The translations under genes and the position numbers were made by a program. Below are positions 25,902 through 40,530 of a stretch of 54,375 nucleotides of DNA, one piece after another (position 1 is the first letter of the stretch; each line of letters starts with the position of its first letter). Source of the DNA: Octopus bimaculoides (taxonomy: Eukaryota). The stretch is taken from assembly GCF_001194135.2 (NCBI RefSeq), contig NC_068992.1:32170751-32225125 (forward strand), given 5' to 3'. Below the pieces are notes generated by a model. It saw only the letters and a list, made by a program, of their open reading frames with translations, had not been told where the DNA came from and did not search any database.

Positions 25902-28900
25902 TTTGTAACAGCTCTATGTTTTGCACTCAGATATTTGCAACGGCTCTGCGGCTTGGACTCAAATTTATTATAACAGCTCTTTGCTGTTATTTTGTAAGTT
26001 TTTGCCAATGTTCTCAATGCATAACTGAATCCTACAGACTTGTTGTTCTATTTTTCCTTTGTCTAACCGTAACTATATAAACACACACACTTATGCATGT
26101 GTATGTGTGCGTGCGCGCGCGTGCGTGTATATGTGTACACCTGAAATCAAATCGCTCTGAAATTCATCAACACCCAGAACATATTTGATGTTCGTAGCGT
26201 TAGTGCTTTGTAGCGTTTAAAACAAGTTGATGCATTGACTATCACTGGCGTCGCAGTCGTTGTCTATTTTCTGTGCTTTCACAATGTTAACATAGCTGAG
26301 AATATATCATATTTGTGAGCATAGCACAGTACTTCCATATATATTTTTTTAGGAAATTGTTTCAATTATAATCACTTGAATATAATATCACTGGAAATGT
26401 TACCTATGAGGGAAATTGCTTTTCTGTTTTGTACTCATTTGAAATGACAGCGCTAGCATATCTGGCCTGCACTCATTTCATTGTAGCAATAATAAATTAG
26501 AAAAGAAAATTGAACAATGGATCAAATGCGATCATATATATAATTTCATTTCAAATCTTGCAAGTACAGACTATCAATGAAACAGGAATCAATAAGACAG
26601 CGAAATCTGTTAAATTCGTCTCTGTGGTACAAGACCATACCTTGTGAGTATTTGAAATCAATAATTCATTGAATTAATGCACAAGCTAAAATTAGTATAG
26701 TAATAGATTGCACAATTATTAATCCATCCTTTTAAGAAACATTAAAACTTAGAATCAGAAATAGTTACATTTTAATATCACATCACAAATGGCCACTGGA
26801 ATCCATATATGAATATTTTTGATTCACTAAAGTGAGCAGCAACATAGTCGTTACATTTAAAGAGATATATTGCATTTTGTTAATATGATTTTGATCTACA
26901 ACATTGCTTGATCTCCATCCATCGCTTTCAAGGAATATCATTGATGTGTGTCAATGATATTCCTTCAATTTATTTAACTTTAATAGGAACCATTATGCAA
27001 CGGGAACGGCAAAACTTCCCCTTTCAAAATATACGTAAGATTCCAGGTAGTAGTAAGATTACAGTTTGGAATGTGATTTGATGCCATATACATAGCATTG
27101 ATAGTTATCTTCGTTCGCTGAGAGAGATAACCGACTAACCTTCATACCATAGTTAAAAAGAAAATCCTGAATTTGAAAGCTAACAGAAAATATTGTTGTA
27201 AAAGCACTAGGATAATAGTGTTTTGTACATTAAACCAACGGGTGTGTAAGTGTTTGCACAAGGTCATAATGTATAATACTCATCACAGTCTGGAGTTTTG
27301 ACTGAGCAATACACTGTAAGCATTACGCAACAAACTTTGCTACTATTACAATACATTTATCAAATTCAAGTCTAAAATTTAACATACGTAAAATAAGTGC
27401 ACTGGGAATTATATCTATTTTACATGTAAAACACATAACACATATGAAAGAAGTTTATTGCCGATTACATATCGATAATGGTCGGAACAGAACAATCCAA
27501 TGCACTATTTACCATCGAAATTAACATGGTCATTAGCAGTAGCACGTCATGTACGGAAAACATTAAAGAAACATGACAGCTATAGGGAACAAAATGTAAA
27601 TTCATACGCCGAAGTATAGATAGGACAGAAATGGTTGTCAAGATTACATAGAATTGTAATGACTTTATTAGATTAAGAAGGAAAAGATGAATTGAATAAT
27701 GGAACAAAATAATATATACACTAGAGAATAAGTATCAACAAGAATTTTTAATTGTAACTTAGTAATTACGGTGGAATGACCTGCGAGAAATATTTTTAGA
27801 AGAGGGAAAATGATTAATGAAGAGTCAGAAACACCTGTAGCAACGGTAATAACAACTCAAAAGCATCAGTTGACAAGCAATGCAAAATTTAGGATTCAGC
27901 AATTCGCTGAAACTAAAATGTATATTACGTTCATCATCCACTTACTTCGCCTGATAATAACTTCTAGTGTATCAGTTCATGGCGTTCATTTTTGTTTTAA
28001 TGTTTAATTCCTAGTTAGTGAGAGGAAACTTAGTGTGACTTGCTTACAAATGACGTAATGAGTGAAAGCCATTAAGAAGATAAGTATACATTATGTATAA
28101 ACTTAGTACCTTGTTTGTATAGAATTTAACAAAAACCGCATTTGTATAACGCATTTGTATCATGGGTAATATATTTGTATGATAAAGCACATATACTCAT
28201 AAAACAAAAGGGTGTTAGCTATATTAGCAACTGCATAGTTAGATATCTAAATACGTTCTTGATATACTGTGTAATACATAATTACAAATGTACCGTCACA
28301 ATTTTTTGTATGTCCTATCCAGATATAACCCATTTATCTTATTGGACTGTTATCAGAAGACGATAAACATCTCTTAATATTTGCTGGAATACGACTCACG
28401 ATGTTTTCACTTATATATTTCAAAACTATGGGGAATGCACATTGACGTTCATTTAAGTTTCTGTAAACATTTGGACTGTAGACCAAAAGTTTCCTGTAAA
28501 AACCAATGTCTTATCTGAAAAACTACAATTTGTAATCATGCTGCATCTACTATTTATGTTAGGGCAATTTACACTGAACCTAATAAACGATACTGTACTT
28601 GATCTGCAGAAATAATGTGTAAATAAAATAGTTAAACGTTTTCTTTTCAGAAAGAATAAGTTTAGAAAAAAGACAATAAATAATAGTGTAAGACTAATGA
28701 AATGAAAGAAAAGAATATGGATGTGGTCGATTATGACTGTTATAAGCAGTTCATAAAAGAGTTAACATGAAGAGTGAACAGCGAGTTGATTATGTGAGTC
28801 AACATTGAGAGAAAAAAATTGCAAAGGAATAAAAGAAACAAAAGACAGTGCAGAGAATAGCAGTACTGAGAAAGTAATTCACGACAACTAGAACTTAAGA

Positions 28901-30659
28901 GAGATAACTTCAGCTCATTGTAGAAAAGTACTTATATAAAAATAGGAATATAAATGAGTTTCTGCTTCTATAATTAGATATAGAAATATTTGTCCCTGTG
29001 TTTATTTAAACAATTTAAGCGCCCGTATGAAGATAACTGATCATGGCAGAATTGGAAAATCATATTAGACCATTGATACATTAGAAACAAAAAAACAAGA
29101 GTTAAGGTAGCAAGCAGAATAGAAAGCAAAATATGTTGCAAAGAAGTGTTAAATGTTTTGCTTGTTTAAACTTCTGAGAACGACATGGATGTGAAGTAAT
29201 GATTTTTTCGCCACCTATTACATCAAAATAAACTAAATCCGATATCTACCTAATCATCATAAACATTTTAACACTTTCAAATGAAGGTCATGGATATTAC
29301 ACAAAAATGCTCACACATCACAAACAACAAAACTTAGATTATAAGGCAAAGAGAATTCAAGCAACCGAATAATGCATAGAGTCAGACAAGTGTTGGTGCG
29401 TGGCTGAAACAACGCAGAAATATAAACTATGAAAACAATGATCACAGAAATGTACAATGAAGATAACAGAAAAGAATCTAAGGTTCTGGATGATAACCTG
29501 CATCAAAGGGAAGCGATATTGCTAAACCAATATAAAAAAGAATCTAGTAAGAATTTATGAAGTGTATTTACAGAGTAGATCGACAGTTGGACGTTATTTG
29601 GAAAGGCTAGAAAGAAAAGCGTAGATAATATATAGATTCAGGCAACGGTAAGCGTGGAGTGAGCTCTAGAAACAAGCTCACGCTACCACGGTTAATGAAG
29701 ATGCTAGTGTATACTCACATGTGTAATATTCCCGTTTCAGTAACATTTATTTTGTTTCAACGAATATACAACAGTGGTAGTAGCTGTTTTGAAAAAGTCA
29801 TATGTTCAATATATACAGCTCTAAGGATGTTGATTTATTTACATATGGGTAAAATCTAAAACAAAAACAATGAGAAATCGTACGCACAAACACATGTGCT
29901 CTACTGATATTATTAACGCAAAAAAAGAGGATATAATGGTATGCGTTGGTAAGACTATTTGCGATGCGTGTGTCGTAAATTACAGTTATGAAGTTTAAAT
30001 ATGTATGGTTATTGTGTTTTTGTGTCGTGATTTAATTTTGAGAGTATGTTTATAGGTCTTTAGAACGTTTGAGTGTACTTATTAGTGTATTATTATGGAC
30101 GTGAAGTACTAATGACCATTTCTCATTGAGAGTGTGGTGTGCTCCGTCTATATCGATGCATAGATGCATAAGAGAGTGCAATGGATGACGTTTAAATGTG
30201 GTATGACAGGGTGCATTAATGTTGTCGAGATCACCCCAGTTATACACTAATCTGGTGGATGCCATGGCAGAAAATAAAGTGTCGTCGTCTTTGATACCAA
30301 GAAATGCAAATAGGTGATGTACAATTACGCATGATAAAGGTGTAGGAATTGGCATGTGCGGTTGAATTCAGTTGCTGACCTAATGAAGCGTATTTTCACT
30401 TCCATGCAAAATTGCGTTTCATGTTAAAGAATTGTAATGTATTACCTTTCCTTTCATTACAGAGGATTTTCATACTTGCCGAGATTATAGTTTCCTGAAA
30501 TTTAACCAACCCATTCTTAATCTTGCTATTATGCTTTCTGAATAAGCATATACACAGATAAATATTTATGACAGGTAGCAAAATATATTAACTATACCTA
30601 GAGAGCATTGCATTCATTCTATTTTGCACGTGCTCCTCGTATATATTGCCTCTGTGAAC

Positions 30660-31362
30660 CCACTTTGATGAAGACAATGAAGGAATTGTAGAAAGTAAAG
30701 AAAAATGTGAAAGAAAAGCAAAGAAGAATTAAGTGATGTGGAAGAAAAAGGAAGAGGGAAATGAAACAAATGGGAGGACAAGGGATAAAAGAGAAATTAA
30801 AAGGAATAAGAGGATTATACGATAGCAAAAACTAGAGGCGAAATATGGAAAAAAGGAAGGAAAATGGATAGCAAAATAAGAGGAAGCTGAAACAGAAGAG
30901 GAAGCAGCAGCAGCGGGTAGAGAAAGAGAAGAGAAAGAAGACGAAAAGAAGAACAAGAAAAAGAAGATTGATGACAAGGGGAGGAAAGGAGGACGAGAAG
31001 AAAAAATGAGGAGGAAAATGAGGAGGAGGAGTGGGAGGAGAAGAAGAAGAAGAAGAAGAAGAAGAAGAAGAAGAAGAAGAAGAAGAAGAAGAAGAAAAAG
31101 AAGAAGAAGAAGAAGAAGAACAACAACAACAAGAAAAGAAGAACAAGAAAAAGAAGATAGATGACAAGGGGGAGGAAAGGAGGACGAGGAGAAAAAGAAG
31201 TAGACTGATGAGGAGGAGGAGGGGGAGGAGAAGGAAAAAGAAGAAGAAGAAGAAGAAGAAGAAGAATGAAGAAGAAGAAGGAGAACAAGAAGAAGAAGAA
31301 GAAGAAGAAGAAGAAGAAGAAGAAGAAGAACAACAACAACAACAACAACAACAACAAGAACC
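30660..31362. repeat. Long purine-rich compound microsatellite: (GAA)n, (GAG)n, (CAA)n
   Basis: Direct reading; source of the polyE/Q/F ORFs. Confidence 0.95.
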
Positions 31363-32084
31363 GAGGTGAGTTTTATATATTTTGAACGTGAAATGATGTA
31401 TGCCCAATCGTGGGAGCATTTCCGAGCGTCAATGCAACCCGCAAAGTATAACTATTGTTTTCCTTCTGATATGTAAATACTGAAGAAGGGAGATCCAAAA
31501 CATGAATGAACAAAGAGACGGTTTTAGAAATAGAATATTGTAGTATTCACATGTCTCCAGTCAATCCATATGCGCCATGACTGAGTCTAAAAATGAGGCC
31601 AACATAACTTGTTGATGAGAGAAAGTTTTGAATAGTTATAAGTGACAATATCTATGATATTTACATATATACCTAATAAGTATAATTTTCAAAATAACTA
31701 TATTGATTTATTAGATAGATTACCTACTTTATAACTGCCGTCTTCATTGTATTTGTACTATATATGACAAAACAGTAACACAATTGAATATGTTAACAAT
31801 GAATGGGGAACGACCACTAAACAAACGAGTTGACACGTATTCAATAATACTGATACGGTTTACATGCAGCTAGGAGTTTTCGTAAGAAGAAAACTCTCCT
31901 AACTAATAAAGTATATGGTAATGGATATATTACGATATGAGGGAAAGAGGAAAGGAAGGTGCATATTAATATGGGGATATTCAAGTGACTTTCTGTACGT
32001 GATATTATGCCAGACTGAGTCAAACGCTTTCCCGAATTTCAAGCTTTAATTAATTGTTCAAGCAAATCACATACGAAAGGCTTT

Positions 32085-33100
32085 AATTCATCAAACAATT
32101 TACATCATATTTTTCTGTTTGCTGCAATTGTGCCAGCTACTCAATTTCATGCTTCTACCATTTGAGTGGTTTGAGGCAAAGAACCTTTGCAGCTGTTTCC
32201 AAGATCATCCATATAGTTGAACTCCATTCGTGCAGGAAATGAAATACGATTCGGAAGAGGTGGTGATCTGACAGCGAAGGGTGTGTATTACAGAAACAGT
32301 GAGGCAGACATTCGAGCCCCTCAATATCTACAATTTTGCGCTCGATCACATTGGCAGTATGTTCTGGTGCATTGTCATGTTGTAGAAATGCACGTCTTCG
32401 ATTGACCAATGTCAGGTAGATGGTTTTCAAAGTATCATATACTCTCAGCCTTTATTGTGTATAAAGGTTAGCGTTAACAACTTGACCATCTGGTGCAAGC
32501 TCAATGTGTAACGCCCCATCGAAAATCCACCGGAAACACAACACGATCTTCTATTCAAACCGCCCTTGGTTGACAAAAGTATCTGAATACTGGCCAGGAT
32601 GAAACCATTAATTTCACTTACGAAACCAGATCCAGTTTTCATCACCAGTCACACATCAATGCCAAAACAGGCATCTAGGTTTTTGCCAAACATTGTCTGC
32701 AATTGTTGACACGTTGTTGAACTTGGCCATTTGTCACTTCATGAGGAACTTCTCCACAGTTTTTGTTCACAGGCTCCAGCTTATGGAGGTATCTATTGAT
32801 GGTACTTTGTGAAGTACCAAATTCTGCCGACAGTGTACGAGTGCTTGTACTTTGTTGTTTATTCCTTTTCATTCAAGGCCTCATTATCTGCAACAGAAAG
32901 TCTCCTTAACTTCGGATTTTCTTCCAGGGTCATGTCCTTTTCCTCGAACCGTGTGCGTCAGGTTTATGTCACATGTCCATGGGCAGTTTCTGGGATTTTC
33001 ACGTCATTAATTACTTCTGCTTCAGCTCTTTTTCAGTCTTTTTTCCTTAGCGTTAAATGGTTCGACATTAACATTTTCTCACCACTCATAATCAAAGCCT
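32085..33100 (-). mobile_element. Mariner transposon remnant
   Basis: STRTLSAEFGTSQSTINRYLHKL..EVPHEV (HTH, WVPHEL-like); FLQHDNAPEHTA..LECLPH..SLSDHHLFR..HFL. Multiple frameshifts. Confidence 0.88.
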
Positions 33101-35794
33101 TACAATAATGTATAAGTGATTAGAGTTCTATTTCTGGATGGTAATTTTTTCTTGCCTTATAAACACATCAATATATGGCAGTTCTTAATTTGTTTTTTAT
33201 TGTTTTTTTTTATGTCCATTTTCTAGAAATCTTCTATCACATACCTGTAACCTAGTCGGTGACTTTATATCTCAAATGTCCTTGGATTTGTTCGGGGCTC
33301 ATGACATCTTCCTTGGACTGCGTGAGCCAGGACACGTGGGCTGGATGATCACCGAAGAGGTCAGAAGCGTGTAACGAAACATTTCAGACAATTGGTATAG
33401 AATAGGGACAATAATAAAGTCAAGAACGAACTTATACAACGTATGGTTATTTGGTAAAAATAAATGACATCCCGAAATATAGCAATATTTGTTTCAAAAC
33501 AGTATTTCACATCAAGAACTTCGCAAAACAAATTCATAGAACATAAAGTTAATGTTCATATGTTATATATGACAATTACGAAGAAACACTCAGTGGTGAC
33601 TGTATTAGTTGTATCAAATTAATGTTATAACAATCGAGATATAATATCATCAGTGAAAATAAGAAAACCTTTCTGAGTGAATCTAGTATTTAGTAATAGC
33701 TTTAAAATTCTCGTCGAATTCCCACAGTAACTACAAGGAAACAAAATGTGTTGAAATTAGGAGAGAATTTGGTAAACAATTACAACACCATTCAAAATAT
33801 ATTTGCAACATGCCGTTGTTGTCACCAAAGACGTATTCTGTAGATTCAGCTATGTTTATTTATGTCTGTATATTTTTTTTGTATATTTCTATTTGGTAGG
33901 GAATGAAAGGTAAATGTTTGACGATAAATGCAATTTTTTCTCGAACCGCTTATTATACGTTAGAGGTATTACAGAGCATATTATATGAAAATGACTTCAT
34001 CATTGAGACACTGAATTACAACAGCCAATAATGTATCCTGACCATGCTGGCCTTCAATTCACAACAAATGCTTCTGAAGTGCTTTGATTTCAATAAGAAA
34101 TTGATGTTCTCTTTATGAATTCAGATAATATTAGTTTTATCTTCATCAATGATTGTGTAGATAAAGGTAACAGAAGAATGATTAAATGCAGTCAATAAGT
34201 TAAGTTAATTCAAACATAATACACGAATATATATATATGACTGACCTATATGTTGCACATTGAAATTTCAAAGAAACAATCTGAAAAACAATATTGTTTG
34301 ATGTATTTCTACTTATAACTTTGCCACATTCAAATTTGTAGGTTTGTTTTAGTTTCCTTTATGATAATATTGCATGCAAATATATTATATTTTACAGTAT
34401 TCTTGAAAGGAAACACAAAATATATACATTGTTTTAATTTACTTCTATAATAAGAAATCATACAAATGCACACACCGATGCTCATACACAAATAAGCACG
34501 TATATGTTTATGATATATATATATATATANNNNNNNNNNNNNNNNNNNNNNNNNNNNNNNNNNNNNNNNNNNNNNNNNNNNNNNNNNNNNNNNNNNNTAT
34601 ATATACCTAGATAAATATGAGCGTAAGTGGGTGAGAATGGTATGAGTTAGACCTAATTTAGGAATAATAATATTTCCCGAGATAAAATTTGTGTATGTAT
34701 ATATATTGGAATTTTTATAAACAGAAACCAGGGCAGACATTTTCTTGTGTAAAAAAATAATAATTTGGAGAGAGCATTAAGAAAACAGTCAAACTTCAGG
34801 TTAGAATTATTGGCACTAATCCTAAAAAGTCGAATTTTATGGTATTGAAATTATTACTTTACAAGTAATGTTGCCAAATTGTCTGCAATAATTTCTGTTT
34901 GAACACCATCTTCTGAGAGAAGTAAAGTATAATAAGAAGCATTTCACTGTCTCTGACCTTTGACTTCAGCTAAACGTATCTAAGTAATTTACTTTGAAAA
35001 CTCGTTTGAATAATATTGCTAACTCGATTCTGAATATCTAAAATCGCATTATGAATTTTTTACTTTTGTAGCATTGATGTATCTATTGAACATTTTATGC
35101 TATTCGCTTCAAGCAAATGCATGTTATTCATTGAAAAGAGATTTTTGTTTTTCATGTAAAAATGTGGGATTAAAATTTAACATGTTGATGTAGTTTTACT
35201 GAAAAGAAAGCGTTTGAAAATATTTACTTATTAAATTATTATGCATCGCATATTCATTAACCGAAATTCATTCCTTAAATTAAACAATATAGAATGTTAA
35301 AATGCGAAGTATGACATGAGGTATCATTTAGCTAGGAAAATTTCTCACACACGTATTTCTATTGCGGTTTTTTCCAGACTTAGTCGTGCAAATTACCATG
35401 TTTTGTGCTGTATGTTCAATAGTTATCTCCAATATTAATAGCTACATCTAAACAAATATCCTCGTTGATTGACAAATATTTATTTTGAATTCATTAGGAC
35501 TAATCTATATTGATACAGCATTCGGTGTTGTGTTTTTTTCTTTCTTTTTTTTTTCATTTTCAATCAGCTCTCAAGACTCACTACATGGAAAAAAGAACAA
35601 ACAGAATTGTAATAGACACTTCAATCATGTAAAACTCAGCATCTTGTATTTAACTTATATATTGACATTTTCCCATCGATTTCCATATGCTGCATATATC
35701 CAGCCCACTGAACTTAGCAGTGTCACAAGCTTTCATATGAAACATCTGTTCATTACTATATTATATATATATGACATGATATGACATAGTTTTA

Positions 35795-36012
35795 AGGCTG
35801 CACGCAGGCAGAATCGTCAGCCCGCCAGACAAAATGCTTAGAGTTATTTCGTCTGTCATCTTGTTTTTGAGATCGAATTCTGCCGTGGTCGACTTTGTAT
35901 ATCATCGTTTCGAGATCACTAAAATAAGTACCACTTGTACACTGGCGTCGATTACATCAACTTAACTCTTGCTCCAACGTTTCTGACATTGTGCTAAAAT
36001 TTGAAACCAATA
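35795..36012 (+). mobile_element. tRNA-derived SINE (family A), near full length
   Basis: A-box-like GGCAGAATCG, B-box-like GAGATCGAATTC, GTCGACTTTG..TAAAATAAGTACCA..CACTGG.GTCGAT, TGTGCTAAAATTTGAAACCAATA end; matches 44179 and 523 copies. Confidence 0.8.
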
Positions 36013-37075
36013 TGACAAAATTTGATGGTTTGGGATTAGGTCCCTGGATATAGGTTCAGTGTAGAAAATATATGGTTTTATATGCGAATAATCGGATATA
36101 TTTTGATATTCCGAGGAAAATCTTGTGGTTTTGTTATGTAAACGAGAAATAAAGTAGGATTGATTCCTTTTAAAATCGCTATTGTATTTAGTTGTCAATG
36201 CTGATAACTCTAAAGCAATCCCGCTCTAATACGGCCAAAAATACCCATTTGTATCTTCAGTGAGAAACTAGTCAGCAATTGTAACTCAACATATATACCA
36301 CATCTGAAATATAGCAAGACAAGAGATCCAGAAGTATTTCCATATTATTGTAAGAAGGCGGCTAGAAGAGATTTAATGTAAGTGTTAAATAGTAAAAAAA
36401 TAATTGATATACGATTGTAATATCCCCTTAGAGCGTAACTAGTTGTTATTTGTTCCTGGTCTATCTGAAGGCGTATATTCAGTTTTTATCAATTTCTACT
36501 GGCGAATTTCAAGTAATACAATTGATTTCGGCATTGATCGTTAATGATGCAATCACCCTTTTCGAAATCTGAAATTGTACTAAAAAGAAATTAAGGAGAT
36601 TTTACAGTAGCAAAACACTACTATCTGACTGAACATTATTTGTTTTGGCAGGGAAAGTGTTTAAATTGTGACCATCAATTGAGTGAATGTGGTGGAACGC
36701 TAGATTGACAGTCCTTTCAAAATATCTTCGTATGATTAATGGGTAAATTTTCTGAAGTGTCACAAAGGTGAGCTCAATAACGCTCTAGATTAAGAAATCG
36801 AAAGTATGCCAATATTTTCCATCGGGATGTAGGAATTTGAATTATGACATTAAACACTTGAAGATTAATTTTCATAATTTGTATTATAATGGAGACATTT
36901 TTAATGGATCAAAAATTGCGTGAATTAGATATACTTACAGCAGCAATAAAACAAACTTTCTACCAGAAAATTTACCATCATAAATATCACATGATATATA
37001 TATATATANNNNNNNNNNNNNNNNNNNNNNNNNNNNNNNNNNNNNNNNNNNNNNNNNNNNNNNNNNNNNNNNNNN

Positions 37076-37140
37076 GTGTGTGTGTGTGTGTATGTGTGTG
37101 TGTGTGTGTGTGTATGTGTGTGTGTGTGCGTGTGTGTGTA
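37076..37140. repeat. (TG)n microsatellite
   Basis: Direct reading. Confidence 0.9.
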
Positions 37141-39059
37141 TGACACAATTAGAGGAAGACTATTTAGTCTATTTACATAACGTATAAAGAAATTCAGTAA
37201 CTTGTTACTACGTTCATTTTATACAACTTAAATAATTCTATACAACATGCATAATTTTAAAACTTCTAGTGACATTTTAGGACATAAAATGTTTATTAAG
37301 ACCGTGTATTTTATATTAAAATAAGTCCATATTTTATATTCTAACAATGATACCAGCTTTAGTAAACACGTCGTACAGAGTGGGAGTTGCGACGGACTTT
37401 TAAGAAACAGATTTTCCAAATTAGATATAATGGTCTACACTTCTACTCCATTTTATACTCTATATGTTTGTCTTTAATGAGTTGATTCGCTTGAAAAACA
37501 AATGTATTGAAAGGGGATTTCAGAATTTGGCACTCTAGTGAAGTTTGCTAAATAATTTAGTATATGTGGTACTAACTGGTCTGGGTAGTATGCTGTGAAC
37601 TGATTCATTACAGCATATATATGTATCATGTTACTAAATGAATGAAGCTGTATATTTTGGACTAAATGAAATCATGATTAACCGTAATCTTGTTAACAAC
37701 TGAGGTTTCAAAAAAAAAAATTAGAAGCCAATGTCAGGTGATCTACAATCTGAGTCAATGAAACCTGATTACAAAGTTTATTTGTGTATGTTATAGTTTT
37801 TCAACAAATAATGAGCGATAGACCTTTATTTTAATTACATTTTAGTTTTAAATTTGTGTTTATTTATTAGACTTCCACTTTGGATAAGACATTCGATTAA
37901 TAGCGTATAGCGGCAGCAGTAGTGCACGTATAGGAGTAGTTCAAATATGCTAAAGTACTTGATATTTGTGAGGTACATAAACTGATTTGATTTGTGATAT
38001 ATTCGCGAAAAACATCAAAACAATCTCAAAGATATCATTTTAACATATATACATGTTGCTAGGAAAACTCATCAGACATTGTGAGCCGAAAGATAACTCG
38101 ATTCTGCGCTACCATATTAGATCAAACACATATACACCGCTGGTTGCGTTTTCGCAACGAAAAACTTACTTCTACTTGTTTGGTTATGACCTCGCCGGGA
38201 TGAATCTGACTGAGTAGACGAAATGTTCAGTAGGTAATCGACACCCATAGCTAACAATTGCATACTGTCCTTCTCTTCCTGATTATGAAACTTTACCATA
38301 ACATTCAATCTAAATACAGTGAAATTTTTTACGGGCGTAAATTGGTTAAGGTCTTGATAATCTTGGAAATGGTGATGCTGCAGCTTATTTCTGAAGATGA
38401 TGATGATAGTTTCCTCTATGGTGAGGGGTGGATATTAGGGATTTTAAAGAGTATGGGCTCTATCACTAATGTAGTGTGTCAGTAATTAAAGTGATTATGT
38501 TGAGGTAGATAAACAGAGGATTATTTAAAACGATCAGGCTTTGTTTTTCTAATGGCCCTCTACGTATGTAGGTGTATGTTTGTACGTGCGTCTGTGTGTG
38601 AGAGAGTGCATCTGTGTGTGTTTAAGTGTATGTGCGTGTCTGTGTATATGTTTCTGCGTGCGTGGCTGTGTACGTATGTGCGTGATGTAGCGTTAATTGT
38701 GGTCGAGTGCAAAGGATAAATGCTTGGCATTTGCATCTACCAAGTGGAATTGGAAGAAAATCTGGTAGCAAAAGTGAAAACAATTTTGGAAGATTATTTC
38801 TTATAGAAATGTCATAGATGAGTCATCATTAGAAGAAACTTTCATCAAAGATAGTGGGGAAAGATTTGGTAAAGTACTTAAATTCAGCGGCTACATTTTG
38901 CAGGAGTGCTTAAGTAATGTCCAGCTGCATTGGCAGCCAAGTAATTCCGACAGCACTCTTTGAAGTGTTTGCGAGACTTGAAATAATACAAGAAAATCCT
39001 TGCGGCAAGACTTGAAATAATACAAGAAAATCCTTGCACTTCGATGTTATAATCTATAA

Positions 39060-39935
39060 GATCCCAGATCTGACTCCTGATGTAGACATACGTTAGATAA
39101 TTAATAGCAGACTTTTCAACACTACTCGCTTCAGAGCCCCTCCACTTACCACCTTCAACAAAATACATGAGCTGCAGTACACCGATGGCATTATCACTCC
39201 CACGCAGTCAGTTTCCGACCTTCAGGAGGCTGTAAACTCCTTTCGAAAATCTGTATGCCCGCTTTGACCTGATCACGAATAAAAAGAAGACAAATATCCC
39301 TGAACAGGGCGGCACCAGCCAACTCTATTCTGCCACCAGTGACATGAGGCTACGTGAAACCGCATTGAAAACAGTGGATCATATACTGATTTCGGAAAAC
39401 TCTCAAAACGAGTCTTCCTAAATCATCCAAACAAAAATCATGGTATTCTGAACTGTCATGCTTTCCACATTCCTCTACATCTGTATATATGTGACTTGAA
39501 AAATGTTTAACGTTTCCAACAGCACAAATATCACGCAATCATGAGGATTCAAGGGAAGTCTATATTATCACTGAAGCGGTTCTGGTTCGGGCGACACTGC
39601 TCGGCATTGAAGCTACCATCACACGACACCGACTCCGCTGATCGAGGGACATTATACGTATGCCTCAAACGCGCTTTCTTCGCCAACTACATTTTGCAGA
39701 GTTGGTCTCAGGCACCAGATCACGCGGAGTTCCCAAATTTCCGAAAAGCTGGTCAAAATGGCAGCAACAATGGGAACAAAAGTTATAGAAAATGCTAGAC
39801 ATTAAATAGCAGAGATTAAGCTTGAAGACGCAAAGTGCGACCTGCACTTCCTCGTCCCACTCAAATCCTACGCTGTGATAAGTGCTCTCCGTTCTTCTAT
39901 ACCACCTTTGGCCTGAATAGCCATCTCAGGTACCG
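39060..39935 (+). mobile_element. RTE-clade LINE, RT and C-terminal region, decayed
   Basis: RLFNTTRFRA..IHELQYTDG (cf. RELLYADD)..SDLQEAVNSF..KKT; RFQQ..IMRIQG; VLVRAT..IEATITRHRLR*..IRMPQTRFLRQL..ELVSGTRSRG; CDKC..GLNSHLR zinc-finger-like tail. Confidence 0.85.
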
Positions 39936-40299
39936 AGATAAACAAGAGTTGATTCTGACGATGGAGAAGATACCTGTAGTGTGGAAAACACGAGCCAGAA
40001 TTCATGAACACCATCGTCACTGGTTGAGGCATGGATTTTTGCTCTCTGCTAAATGCGTTTGGTCATCTTGCGTGAAAACGGACGCGCACTATACATCTCA
40101 ACTCTAGTTATTATAGCCGAGAACTAACGGAGCCTGACGGCACGATAGTTTTTACGCATGCGGATGAAGAATGAAGTAATTTACAATTCATGCCCAAAGG
40201 ATTTTGACCACGCAGCATTACATTTGACGTGTAGCATACCACCTTGTAAATACACACACGCTAACACATATTTGGTAAAAGAAAGACGGTAACAAAACA

Positions 40300-40530
40300 A
40301 CACGTGCTGTGTCCATGAGCAAGGCACTTTATTTCACGTTGCTCCAGTCCACGCAACTGGAAAAAATGAGTTATATCTGTATTTCAAAGGGCTACGCTGA
40401 ATCTCCTTGAGAATTGCGTTAAGGATATACGTGCCTGTGGAGTGCTAAACCACATGCTTGTTAATTTCACAAGGAGGCTATTCCGATGGTCGGATCAACT
40501 GGAACCATTGTCACCCTAAACAGCGGTATG
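40300..40530 (+). mobile_element. CORE-type SINE body (family C)
   Basis: GCTGTGTCCATGAGCAAGGCACTTTATTTCACGTTGCTCCAGTCCAC..AAATGAGT core, then CGCTGAATCTCC..GTGGAGTGCT..GGATCAACTGGAACC; followed by (TATG)n. Confidence 0.65.

Noticed and set aside
30050-30355. 101-aa ORF
   Set aside because: No recognisable motif or splice context.
31031-31375. PolyE/polyQ ORF ending at GAG|GTGAGT
   Set aside because: Pure microsatellite with no upstream acceptor; the donor is probably chance.
35795-35900. tRNA gene
   Set aside because: A/B boxes only; dispersed copies continue into a SINE body and give no cloverleaf.
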